From Plasmodiophora brassicae (Eukaryota), in contig CP145415.1 of assembly GCA_036867785.1 (NCBI GenBank), forward strand, positions 558,001-622,000: 64,000 nucleotides of DNA. The letters run 5' to 3'. Made by a program: the position numbers and the translations under genes. Positions 48,207 to 59,687 of this stretch are shown here, one piece after another. The notes beneath the pieces are model-generated. The model was not told the origin of the DNA and did no database searches. It was given only the letters and a program-made list of their open reading frames with translations. Each line of letters opens with the position of its first letter. The stretch's first letter is position 1.

Positions 48207-48749
48207 CTATTTCTCGACATGAGACTTGTACGCATCGGCGTTGAGAAGCTTCTCGCGTTCGGCATCGTCGTCGGCCTTGATTTTCAGCATCCAACCCTTG
48301 CCTTCGGCGTCTTCGTTCACAATCGCTGGGTTCGATTTGGCGTCGTCATTGACCTCGACGACTTCTCCTGATACAGGCATGTACACGTCGCTCGCAGCTG
48401 AATATTCGAGATGTCAGGCAGCAGCTACACCGTCGACATGCAACACGTTAACCTTTGACTGATTCGACCGAACCGAACACGGCGCCTTTCTTGAACTTCG
48501 CTCCGACATCAGGTAGATCGATGTAAACGATATCGCCAAGTTCGCTCTTCCCCGCGTGACGAACCGTCAGCAGTGCACACACCTTTATACAGGCTAGAGG
48601 CCGACCTGCGCGAAATCCGAAATCCCGACCCTGTTGTCGTTGTCGACCCATTCGTGCGACTCCGTGAACAGCTTCGTCGACGCCCACGCCCGCGACGCGG
48701 TCATCGCCCGCATGGCGAAGCGCACCCGTTGCGTCAGCATCGTCGCCAT
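48207..48749 (-). CDS. GCSH: Glycine cleavage system H protein, mitochondrial
   Basis: Presequence followed by FTESHEWV..VGISDFAQ|SELGDIVYIDLP..GSVESVK|AASDVYMPVSGEV (lipoyl Lys)..GWMLKI. Confidence 0.96.
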
Positions 48750-49116
48750 TGCAGTGCCCACCGGGAAGCGACGGAAGACCCCCACGGCCACGGACAACCG
48801 CGCCTAAAATGGTACGTGCCTCGTGGCTCGTCCAACGTTTCCATCTTCTTTTCGCCCCGCAATTCCGAAACAACTGGAATGTTTGGGGACGCGTGGAATG
48901 TTCCATGAGCCGTGTCTTCGTTCGTCAGTTTAAACAATACTACTGGCATAGTGTAGGTCGCCGGGACCAGTGTTGGGTGTCGCCCTGTGATGGCCGCGAC
49001 GCGAGTCGCGACGCCGTCGACGATGTTGCGATGGAGACCGTTGGCAACCGAGATGATCGTCTGGCTAGAAATAGCCGTCGTGGACGTGCCGGCCGCGGGG
49101 GCGGTATCACAATACT

Positions 49117-50683
49117 ATGCCGATCGGAGCTTCTACCAATGGCGGTAACGGGGCGGCATTCACACGATGGACAGGGGCCGTGTTTGTCTTCAATCTGATT
49201 GTCGGTGTCGGTGCCCTGACGTTACCGCTGGCATTTGCACGAGGCGGGCTGCTGCTCGGGACGATATTATTGGCGACGTGCGGGATCGTTGCATTCGTTT
49301 GCGTCACGTTCGTTATCGAAGCATGCGCCGTATCGGAGCACATGAGCGGACGCTCAGAAATCACTGACATGACGGCCACCTTGCTGGGCAAACGCCAATC
49401 TTTTCTGTGCACCGTCGCGCTTATCATCTACTTGTACGTTTGCGGGCGATCCAGGCTTCCCAGCGTTGACGATGTACCACTTGCAGATACGGCGACCTAT
49501 CCATTTATGCTGTCAGTGTTGCTCGAACGTTATCAGCGTTCTTCTATCCAGATGGGTATCAAGTCTGTCTAGCGGGGTTCGCCCTGGCCGTCGGGCCCTT
49601 CTGTTTCATGACATTTAGCAATACGAAGCCGCTGCAGTACGCGACGCTACTCATTCGCAATGTGGCTCTGGCCCTTATGATTTCGTTCGCTATCGTGCGG
49701 GCAACGACGGTGTCAAGAGACATATCCCGGACGGTTAATATGTTCAGCCTTCCCGACATTCCGGTTGCCTTCGGCGCTTGCGTTTACTCATGTAAGGCTT
49801 CAATCGTGAACCACAGATCAGGGTATGTACCCAGTCTTATATTCCAGACATGTGCCATCACAGCGTTCCAGGGATCATATCGTTGATCAAGAACAAGGCC
49901 CGCCTGGTTGCGATATTTGCCTGGGACTATGTCCTCATAACCATGGTTTATATGACGCTCTGTATCACTGCAGTGGTTGCATTCGGATCGCATCAAAAGG
50001 TAGGTGGCGGTGAACCGCGTCGTCGTGGCGCCCACTGTTCTTAGCGTCGACCGTCAGGAGCTGTATACGTTGAATTTCGGCTACTTGAAAGACGTAGGCC
50101 TGATCTGGATGGCAGATTTCCTCGAGTTGTTCCCCATCTTCTCGTTGACGTCCAACTTTCCCCTAATCGCGATCACGCTTCGTAAGCAGCCTGTCCGCAT
50201 CCCTACTCTCTCACAGCACGCTGAAAGAAGTCGACAGGGAACAACCTCATCAGTATCTCCCGACGGCATCAGGACGATTCGGTCGCCGATATGGTACTGT
50301 GATGTTCTTTACTGCAGACTTGGCGACTGAGATCCTTTAAGCAGCAACAAGGCCTGCTAGGCACCGATGCACGTCGAAGCAATAGCCGTAGGCACTGGTA
50401 CTCACTGCTGGCGGGAGTTCCACCAATCGTGATAGCCGCTTTGGTTACGAACGTCGACATACTCGTTGCTGTAACCGGATCCTACGCCGGTATCGTCATC
50501 CAGTTCGTCATCCCCGCCCTTCTCATCCGGGCCGCGCGACGCGTCAAATTCGAGGAACCGTTTACGAACGCGCAGGCATCACCGTTTCAGCACCGGTGGT
50601 GGCCTTTGTTCGTACTCGGATTTGCGCTGGCGTCCACGCTGCTCGTCTCGATCTCGCTGATCCAGCGCTTGGCCCACCAGTAA
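49117..50683 (+). CDS. TMEM104: TMEM104-like amino acid transporter family protein
   Basis: VFVFNLIVGVGALTLPLAF, YLY|GDLSIYA, MCHHSVPGI, LYTLNF, FPIFSLTSNFPLIAITLR, VTGSYAGIVIQFVIPA. Confidence 0.88.
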
Positions 50684-50829
50684 ATGTATACTGACACCCG
50701 TTTCCCATCCAGGCCGATGCGCCTACCCACACGTCGGAGACATCTTACGTTTCTGGAGTTCCCGTCATAGGTCGCTCGGAGGTCGTGCAGGACTTGCCGC
50801 GGGAGCCTCAGCCACTAGTACCTTCGAGT

Positions 50830-53221
50830 ATGCCGCCAGGCATACTTGTCGTCTGCGTCGTCGCTTTACTACCGCTGACGTTTACGACATCTGCGCATCG
50901 CCTGGGGTCGGAAGCCGTCTCACCCGATATTCGGTACACCGACCAGGGGTTGCATGTCGACCTGAACGTCCTGGGCTCCCGATTCACGTTATCGCTTACC
51001 GCCAACCGGCGCTGGCTATCTCCAACGTTCAGATCGCTGGACCTATATGAGAACGGGGCTTTGGTACAGAGCGACGCAAAGGTCCCTGATCAACATTACG
51101 AGTACGCGGGAGGCGGCCCGGCCGACCCGATCAGGCACGCTTCCTTGTCGTCATTCCGCAGTGGTATTATCGGCTTGATCCGCACCCGAGATGGTCGTGC
51201 CATCCACCTGGAACCCTTCGACGATCAGGCAGGAACGCATATGGCCCATGTCGAGGCGGACAGGGACGCCACACCGACTCTCGCCGATACCAGGGACACT
51301 GGCACGGCGATTCGCGGCTCAAAGTCGAAGACGAAATGCTCCATTGACCGATACGTGCAGGTCACAATTGCACGTGCGATGACGTTCGCCAACAGTGTTA
51401 AGCGCTTCATAGGTCCTCGTTGTGAACGACTTCGATCGGTATAGCGTGTTGTCGAACGACACGATGCTCCAGACGAGCGCCATCGTTAACATTGCCGGTT
51501 CGCTGAACACATCAACGACACCCGTCGCCGACGTTGCTGACCGCTGCCGACAGATGGGTATTACAACGCAGCCGATTTCGTCATGTGCATTCACGTAGTC
51601 TTAATCGGTACCCACGTGCTGTCCACGTCGCTGTCCATGTGACCATATCGTTGCCGTGCACAGGACAGCTGACGTTCCGGTCGGGTACACCGGCACCGAT
51701 CAAGTTCAGGCCGTGCAACACGACGAGCACGAACCCGACCCTAGGGGTCGGATGCTACTCGTGTGGAGCGGACGGGAGGCCGCCCTGCGACCTCGTCAGC
51801 AAACGCCCCGACCAGTACGACTCCACTGTCCTGCTGAGCTCGTTCCTGCATTGGCGCACCCTCAACGACGAACAGCTTCACGAACACGTGTGGCGCGTGA
51901 TTCGGCCGTGCATGTCAGGCCGATCTGACGATCCCCCGCGTACAGTTTGGCGATTTCGACGTCGTGCACATGTTCTCGGGCAATGCGTTCGATGGGCCGA
52001 TTAAAGGCCTGGCGTACCTCGGGTCCATCTGCACAGACGCCGCCGTCGCCGTCATCGAAACGACCTCGAAGGTCCTGACCTACAGTGCCCAGATCTTCAC
52101 CCACGGTCGGGTCTGGGACGACGTGCGGTGCGACCTTGATCTGATTGGCGCCGTCCTAGAGCTGGGCCACAATTTCGGCCTGACCCACGATTCCACACGA
52201 GGCTATATCATGAGCCCGACCTCGTCGTCGTGGTCGTTTTCCACCGCGTTCTCGTCGCAAAGCACAAGACAGATGGACGGTGCTGTCAACCAGAGCGCGT
52301 GCCTATCGTCACGACCTGTGGCTCCTCCGACGAATGGCACCTGCGGCAACGGGTTCGTCGACCCCGGCGAGGAATGCGACCCGGGCCTGGGCTCGGACAC
52401 CTGCTGTGTCCGGTGTCGTGTCAACCGCCCCCAGTGCGCCTGTGCGAACTCCCAGCCCTGCTGTAAGAACGGGCAATTCCTCGCCAAAGGGTCTGTCTGC
52501 CGGCCAGCCAAGGTACGGTTGGCCGGGATGGAACCGGTCCCTGAGCGCGCTGACCGGGGCCGACGATGGACAGAACGACGAATGCGACGTGGCTGAAACG
52601 TGCACGGGCACGTCCGGGGACTGTCCAGCAGATGCGTTCATGCTGCCGAACACGTCATGCACAGACTGGATGGGGCTGGCGTCGAACTGCTACCTGGGGG
52701 CGTGCGCCCTGTCGAGGGACGGGCAATGCATGTCGGTGAACGTGCCCGGGGTGGCGACGCTGACGAAATCGCAGATCCTGGTGGACAGCTCGGCACGATC
52801 CTGCCCGAGTACGAGGTTATGCTCGCGGCTGCAGTGTAGGACAAAGTCAGACACGACGACCTGCTCCCAGCTATGGTCCAGCGACGCCGATGACGGTTCG
52901 CCATGCGGGCCGGATGGCCCGACGGACAGCCGTCGCGTCTGCGTCGCCGGGTACTGTGTCGATTCGGTGACAGCGAGTGACAAGTCGTTCACATGTAAAT
53001 CGGGCGACACGACCTGCGTCATCGACGACATGCGGGGCGCGCAACAGCAAGGGGCTTGGACAGTGGCGGCCACGATCCTGACCATTGCCCTGCTGGCCAT
53101 CGTCCCGATCTTCGCCTGCTGCGTGCTCGTGCAATGCTGCAAGAGAGGGTTCCGTTGTAGGCGGAAACCATCAGGCCCACCTGGTGCTGGGGTTCCCATG
53201 GACGGCAACGCGGCCGCATAG
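50830..53221 (+). CDS. ADAM-family metalloprotease (prodomain, M12B, disintegrin, Cys-rich, TM)
   Basis: Signal peptide, GLAYLGSIC, zinc motif TH|ELGHNFGLTHD split by an intron, Met-turn YIMSP, CGNGFVDPGEECDPG, ECDVAETCTGTSGDCPAD and a C-terminal TM helix. Confidence 0.92.
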
Positions 53222-54607
53222 TTCTTGTATACAAACCAACATAAATCGGAGGGCACGTTCACCAGTCGACTTGCCAACCCGGCGGACCGGATGGAATCTC
53301 CACTGTCACCAGGCCGAATCCACAGAATCCATCCAGCAGAGCGCGCTGCAAATTACATGGCGGGCGCTTCCGACCACGCTAGCGTCATTTGTCGCCATCA
53401 GCGTGAGTTACACCCAGGCATTAGGGCGGCTGGCCCTGTTTGGCTAACCGGACGGAACGGGTATGGCGTACGCCCTCAGGGAGAAGGTGCACGTCGACAA
53501 TATCGTTCTGGTCGGCGTGCGTTATCCTGAGTCCATCAACCGCGGTGACGGTACGGTGCGATCTTCTCTGTTACGGGTTTCTGTAACTTGTCGGGGCCTC
53601 GCTTGGTAAGTTGTAACCCGCGTTTTGGCGCCACAACCGATTCGTACAGGTGCTTTCTGTCGGTTGCTCCCACGTCGCGAAGAATCCGCCGTCAACGTAC
53701 GTCAACAGTCGTGGACAGGCCGATGTCGCAATCGCGCACGAGGTCACGGCAATTAAGTCTGAGCTCGCTGCGTTGAATGGCATGGTTGCCAAGTTGGCCG
53801 ATCGTGTTGTCCATCACGGGAGGCGACGGCCGGCTCCTGGCGCGCAGCTGCTATAATCTCGTTCGTCTGAGTGTTGGCGTCACAAGTCAAGATGCCAACA
53901 GCTTCAGCGGTTCACCCGTTAAGGTCAACGCGATCGTCCAACCTGGCAATCATGCCTTTCAAGTCAGCAAGCTCAGACTTAATTGCTATGACCTCGTGCG
54001 CGATTGAGACATCGGCTTGTGACGTCAATTGACGGCGAATTCTTCGCGACGTGGTCCTGTCGAAAGAGACGCCCCCACCACGTCACCTTTTCGAATGGTG
54101 CCAATGTCTTCGCAAATCTCATTGAGCCGATCCAGAACGGGCTCAACGGCCCAACCCTTCGACCTGGGATCACGTGGACCACGTTTGCCCATGCATTGTG
54201 AAACGTTCTGAGCCTATCTGAGCTGTTGCCAATACACGTCGCTGGAAACGAGCGAGGCCAGTACCTTGGAGGAACCCCACCAAGCGGTAGGAATTGCGTT
54301 TGTCGCGTACAAATGCTGTCACCAACGAAATCAAGAGGTAAGGTACAAAAGTTGTAAAGTAGTAATATATTTCCTCGTTGGAAAATATTTGTAGTTGGCG
54401 TAGAGTCGTCTGCCCTGGTAAATACCAGCATTCGCGATCGTGTTTCAATGAACAAACGATAACCGTGGCTTGGAGCGTGCACAAGTCCCGACGAGCAAAC
54501 GATATCGGGAGCGTTGTGCACGACGAAGGGGACTATTCAGAATAGTGAAATGCGCATGACATGAGCGTCGAAAATGGTGCAGTGCAGCACTATATAGGAA
54601 TGATCTG

Positions 54608-54967
54608 CTATTCTTCTCCTTCGCTGCGATCTCGACGAGCCTGTGTGCCACCAGGTTGGCGAGGGGGCCCTGAGAACGGTACCCATCGTCCTAGGACCGG
54701 ATTCCACGACTCCACAGTCGGCTCCAGGTCCTCAATCAGCCGCTCGTACGGCGGTTCGTCATCTGGCGCCCGTCCGTACACGACGTCGGCATCTTCACCC
54801 GTTAAACCCAGTCGGCCAAATGCGCCCTCTTCCACATCCCGCTCCACAATGTGCCGTACCCACCTTCGCTGCTCCGCGTCGTCGTCACGCCTGCTCTCAT
54901 CACTACCATTCGTCATGTCCCTATCTGCAGTGAACGCTGGATCACCTATGAAATCCCCAAGGGCCAT
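54608..54967 (-). CDS. Small acidic hypothetical protein
   Basis: 119-aa ORF with plausible composition. No recognisable motif. Confidence 0.35.
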   Translation of the reverse strand: MALGDFIGDPAFTADRDMTNGSDESRRDDDAEQRRWVRHIVERDVEEGAFGRLGLTGEDADVVYGRAPDDEPPYERLIEDLEPTVESWNPVLGRWVPFSGPPRQPGGTQARRDRSEGEE

Positions 54968-55192
54968 CTGCTCCGTGTTGAATCACCGTCCGCGAGTCCA
55001 TGACGCAACGTATGTCTGGCCCGAAAACATGCGGCCAGTGATAATATCTGGAAACGCCTTCTGCAGACTGCAAACTCCCCCCTCCCCGTTGTCCCCTGGG
55101 AGCGTCCGGGCCTCAATTTGACTCAGTGTGCAGTTCGGTGCCGGCACACGTCATTCGGAATTTCGGTGTCGGACGGGCGCAGTCGTAGATCG

Positions 55193-55837
55193 ATGACGGC
55201 GGCGGCGGCTGCGGCGTCTTTCGCGGTGAACGAGATCGTGTTCGTTCCCGGGGACGACGGCAAGCTACTGCGTGGGTTCCTGGCCGCCCGGATCGATGCG
55301 TCGGCGCCGCGTGCCGTGCACGAGACGCCGCCGCCCGGCGTCGTCGTCTGCCTGGATATTCGGCATCGGCACGTGGCGCCGAACAAGGACGGCGTCCTGC
55401 ATATCGCCGACGACTCGATGCTGCTGCCGTACACGACGGACAACGTGCGCGCCTGGGAGTCGCAGCACGCCAACGACGTCGTGCGGCCGCCGTTCGTCTC
55501 CCGGCCTCAACGCGTCGCCGTCAAATGCAAACGGGCCGATCGTCCTGCTCGAGGCGGAAAGACGTGGCGGAACCTGAAACAGATCATCAAACAAGAAAGC
55601 TCCAGGGTCGCAGACCCTTCAACGCCGACCTATACGTCGCTGATGGGTGGGCCGGCGACGTTACGACCGGCGAAGAAGTACTGCGACCTGACGGGACGCC
55701 TGGCGAAATACGAGCACCCTCGCCTGCACCTTCGGTATTCGTCGAGCGACCAGTACGCAATGATCGAGGCCATGCCGAAGCGTGTCGTCGAGGCCTACCT
55801 GGACATACGCAAGGCGAACAACATCGACATCAAATAG
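55193..55837 (+). CDS. IES6: INO80 complex subunit C / Ies6 with an N-terminal extension
   Basis: TWRNLKQII..TYTSL..LRPAKKYCDLTGRLAKYEHPRLHLRY..YLDIRKA (YL1-C domain). Confidence 0.88.
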   Translation: MTAAAAAASFAVNEIVFVPGDDGKLLRGFLAARIDASAPRAVHETPPPGVVVCLDIRHRHVAPNKDGVLHIADDSMLLPYTTDNVRAWESQHANDVVRPPFVSRPQRVAVKCKRADRPARGGKTWRNLKQIIKQESSRVADPSTPTYTSLMGGPATLRPAKKYCDLTGRLAKYEHPRLHLRYSSSDQYAMIEAMPKRVVEAYLDIRKANNIDIK

Positions 55838-55851
55838 TACTTCGCGCCCTG

Positions 55852-56472
55852 CTATATTATACGGCCCATTCGTGCAAGCCTCCGGAGGACACGCCGCTCA
55901 TGAACGCGCTGTCGGACGGCGGCTGCGGCCAGGATGACGAGCGAGGCGCCCGCAACGATAACCAGAGACAAGGCTGGACGAAATCGCGCCCTCTGCGGTC
56001 TTCTAGGCGCGCTGCGGGCAGATGCGTTCTCCCCCAGCAACCTGGCTCGTCGTCGTCCAGCATGCCACCTGATGACAGGCAGTGCAACGAGCGCGCCGCC
56101 GACCAGAAGCGGCCGTATCCGCTGCAATAGCGACCGCCTAAGGGGTACCAGCCGGGCAGGAGGTGCCGCCCTGGAGCGTACTTGCTTAGCAAGCACCGCG
56201 ACTTGCACGACGTTTACAGCAGCAAGGACACGGTGACTCTGTAAGAACGAGCGCGTGCGGTTCCCAGGTCTATCGACGCGTCGGGAAAGGCCGACGATCT
56301 CAGCGCCGCTTTCGGTTAGCGCAGAGGAGATAGCGTCCGGTGCGGGAAGTGAACTGTCAGGCAGTGATGGGCTGCTGTCGCTCAGTACCTGATGGTTCCG
56401 ACACGTTCGCGACACTGCTGCACCGGCCACGCCGACTGCGATCACGGCGACGACGGCGCCCAGCAGCAGCAT
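55852..56472 (-). CDS. Putative secreted or membrane protein of unknown function
   Basis: MLLLGAVVAVIAVGVAGAA signal-like N-terminus. Further hydrophobic segments (LLVGGALVALPVI; LSLVIVAGASLVILAAAAV). Arg-rich. Confidence 0.45.
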   Translation of the reverse strand: MLLLGAVVAVIAVGVAGAAVSRTCRNHQVLSDSSPSLPDSSLPAPDAISSALTESGAEIVGLSRRVDRPGNRTRSFLQSHRVLAAVNVVQVAVLAKQVRSRAAPPARLVPLRRSLLQRIRPLLVGGALVALPVIRWHAGRRRARLLGENASARSAPRRPQRARFRPALSLVIVAGASLVILAAAAVRQRVHERRVLRRLARMGRII

Positions 56473-56968
56473 TGCATCCCGCCGCGCGATTGCAGGCGGT
56501 TTGATTAGCATCGCTGGGGAACATTGACCGACCAGATCACAGCCGGAACGTCCAAAGGTGCCGACGTCCAGCCAATTGCGGAACCCGGCCTGATGAATAG
56601 AACGCCGTGCAGCATTGCTATTTCCGGATTCGGCAGGTCAGCCTGTGTTAGGTACCTAATCACCGGTTGGCTGGGACGCTGAGAGCGCGGAATAAGACAC
56701 GCGCTAGACCCTGCTTGCTGCTGGGGCTGGATAGGGGCGCCTTTCACCACCTTCCATTGCAGGTCTCGTCACGATCCGTCGCCTGATAACAAACCACTGT
56801 TCCGAACCCTTTGCGACCTTCTACACGGTCCTTCAACCGGTAGCAGACGACGAGTAAGAACCCGGGACGCCCTTTGTGCTAGGGGCGATGATTGCAACGA
56901 GTGTGAGGACGATATACGCAGTCCGGGGCTGCAGCGTGCACGGTGGGTCGGTCATTTTTTTTGGCACG

Positions 56969-57821
56969 ATGCCACAACAGTCGACGGCGCCGACGTGGGC
57001 GCGCCCCAACGACCGGAAGTGGTGCAACGTCTGCAAGATATTCATCGACGGGAAACCGTCGGTAGGACGACATGCGCGTCATCGCCCACGGCATGCGTGC
57101 TGATGGTATCGCTGTGGACCTACAGAAAGTTCGCGAGCATGAGGCCGCCGGCCGGCATACGCGCAACATGCGCCTTCAGATGAAGGCCATGCGGCAACGC
57201 GAAGTCAACGAACGTGTAAACGGAGGGCGGTCGGAAATGGACGCCATTGAGCGCGCTGCCATGCAGCAGCTCGTCAAGGACCGTGCGGAGGGATTCATCA
57301 CCGATGGCACCCTGTACCGTTCAGCGGAAGCCATGTCCCGGGCACCGTCACGCGCCCCTCCCAGATCCGATAGCAGCAGGGTTGTCCAGCCGCGACCTGT
57401 GCCTGCGTCTCACGCCCAGGGAGATGACTCCGCGCCGGTATATTATGCACCGGCAGAACCGTCCACAGTGGTCGTGGACGAAGCCACTGGCATTGGCCAA
57501 TGGGAATCGGTCCCCGTGTCTGAGTCCAGTGCTGCTCACGAACAGGCTGCCGACGACGACAAGGAACCGGCGCAACAGGAACCGGCACAGTCCCAGCAGC
57601 AAAGACGGGGCCGCCACCACGCCGTCGACGTGGACGATTTCACGATCAACGACTCGCTGGAACAGATGGCGAACGACTACGGTCTGACCGAGCTACAACG
57701 GCAACGGCCCGGTGGGCAATCCGACGTGAAAGGCAATGATCCTACGCCAAGCGAGCCATGGCGCCCTGGGCCCGACTCGGGCGCCGGACGCGTCGTCTTC
57801 AAGAAGCGGCGGAAGGCGTAA
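56969..57821 (+). CDS. U1-type zinc-finger protein (WBP4/FBP21-like)
   Basis: KWCNVCKIFIDGKPS|..VREHEAAGRHTRN (C2H2 U1/matrin type), IERAAM, IGQWESV and a C-terminal VFKKRRK. Confidence 0.8.
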
Positions 57822-57861
57822 TTTGAATGTGAACGAGCGCGCGTGTGTGCATTACGTTAAA

Positions 57862-59133
57862 TTAAAAGGCGGCGCCCGACTGGCGAATGACCTCGGCATT
57901 GCAGGACCAGTAGATGGAGTTGGAGCAGCCGGGCCACCAGGCGGGCAGCGTGCAGTAGAAGCACGTGCCGCCGTGGACGACCGCGTTGAAGTCCAGGGCG
58001 ATGATGACGGAGACGAGCGTCCAGATCACAGCCGCACAGAGTTCGACGAGCGTGAACGGCGCCGGGCGCACAATGCCACCGATCTTGATGCGCTCCCGGA
58101 GCACGGGCACGGCCGCCAAGGCGCCCATCACGAACCCGACAGCATTGCCGACACTGTTCGTCAGTGGCATTAGCGACGATGCCGCCTCGATTATGATCAG
58201 CAGCAGGACGAAGATCGTGGAAATGCGGACGAAGCTGCCCCGAAGGCGCTGGTCGTTCTTGGCGATATCCGCCAGCCGAGCGCCAAGCAACCCTAAACAA
58301 GCGCCGCTCAGGTATGGCGGGCCGCAGCGGACAGACTCAGGGAAGGTACCTGCGCTGGCACAGCCACTGGCCACGCCCAGCACGTTGCGCTGCAGGATTG
58401 AGCTGACGAGCACGCCGAGCAGGCCCGACGTAAGGTAGACGAAGGCGACCGGGCGAAACCCGAACGCGTTCTCCAGTGGGACACCGGCGAAGATCAGCAC
58501 CAGGATGTCGAGGACCAGGTCGCCCTGTGCAGGCGGCGTCAGTGACTCAGGACACGTTCTTGGACCTCGCGTGCCTACGATGCCAACATGCAGGAAGATC
58601 GGGGTGATCAGACGCCACCACTGTCCAGCAATCATCGCGGGCAGGTTCTTCAGGCCGTACACGTCCAGGACGGACACCTTCGTCCCGAACAGAGGGTTGT
58701 CCGCCAGCGGGGCGAACCTCCATGCGTCGCGCGCCACGATCGTGATGCTGACGACGATCGTCGCCACGACCAGGGCGTCAATGAGCCAGACGGAGTGGGT
58801 GACGAGCTCCTCGGTCTGCGGGATCGTCGCCGCCCTTTCGATCGGATACGCTTCCAATGGTACCGACCGGTCCCGACTGAGGACCTGCCTGCCCACAGGA
58901 TCAGGTTCCGACGGGTACCGGGACAGCTCGTCGGCCTCGCCGTCGCCTTCCGCCGCCTGTTCCATAGGGAGTGCGACGCTGTCTAGCCTGCTGCCGGGCG
59001 ACGCCGGCACGTCGCCGCCCTTCTTGCTGTTCTTACTCTTCTTCCTGCTCTGCGTGCCGACCACGCTCATGTCGTCATATCCGTCGAGTTGCTCAGCGAG
59101 TGGCAGCGACACCGCCGACACCTTCGGGCGCAT
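57862..59133 (-). CDS. Rhomboid-family protein, probably catalytically inactive
   Basis: DNPLFG, GQWWRLITPIFLHVG, LENAFGF..VYLTSGLLG and a C-terminal CFYCTLP..WSC pattern. The catalytic Ser/His positions are altered. Confidence 0.88.
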   Translation of the reverse strand: MRPKVSAVSLPLAEQLDGYDDMSVVGTQSRKKSKNSKKGGDVPASPGSRLDSVALPMEQAAEGDGEADELSRYPSEPDPVGRQVLSRDRSVPLEAYPIERAATIPQTEELVTHSVWLIDALVVATIVVSITIVARDAWRFAPLADNPLFGTKVSVLDVYGLKNLPAMIAGQWWRLITPIFLHVGIVGTRGPRTCPESLTPPAQGDLVLDILVLIFAGVPLENAFGFRPVAFVYLTSGLLGVLVSSILQRNVLGVASGCASAGTFPESVRCGPPYLSGACLGLLGARLADIAKNDQRLRGSFVRISTIFVLLLIIIEAASSLMPLTNSVGNAVGFVMGALAAVPVLRERIKIGGIVRPAPFTLVELCAAVIWTLVSVIIALDFNAVVHGGTCFYCTLPAWWPGCSNSIYWSCNAEVIRQSGAAF

Positions 59134-59363
59134 TCTCGAACCTTCCAGACGCGTGCTGGTGACGTACGCGCTGCTCGTGCTGCTGCCGGTGTGCCGAGTC
59201 GTCAGTGGCCCCGCGAGCGCTGGCTATAGAAGCACACAGTCACAACAACAACGGTTCCGTCTGCCTGGTGACTCATCGGCCATCAGCACGGGCGTCACGC
59301 CATGGTCAGCGGGCGCACGGCGCGATCTGGATTCAGAACTGGAATCCCACCTCGACCCGCCCC

Positions 59364-59687
59364 ATGAAATCGACAATCGCGTTCGTCGTTGCCCTGGCGA
59401 CCATCGGGTCGGTGTTGACGACGACGGCGCTGGCCCGGTCGGCGCCGAGCGCCAAGGAGTGCCAGGCGGTCCCCTTCGTGTCCTGCGAAGCGTCCACGAA
59501 GGAGCAGTGCAGGTGTTGGGAGCTGGCCGGCTCCAAGATCCCGTGTCGCTGGCGGCACGGCCAATGCGTCATGCTGGACCGCCCGGCCGTCTTCGTCCCG
59601 CCGACCGCAACGCCGAAGAAGCGCCCGCCCGGCAAGCCGCTCGCGCCCAACAAGACCCGCCAGGCCCAGCGCCGGCAATCAAAGTAA
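59364..59687 (+). CDS. Small secreted cysteine-rich protein (effector candidate)
   Basis: 107 aa. Signal peptide MKSTIAFVVALATIGSVLTTTALA, six Cys and a basic Pro-rich tail. Confidence 0.75.
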   Translation: MKSTIAFVVALATIGSVLTTTALARSAPSAKECQAVPFVSCEASTKEQCRCWELAGSKIPCRWRHGQCVMLDRPAVFVPPTATPKKRPPGKPLAPNKTRQAQRRQSK

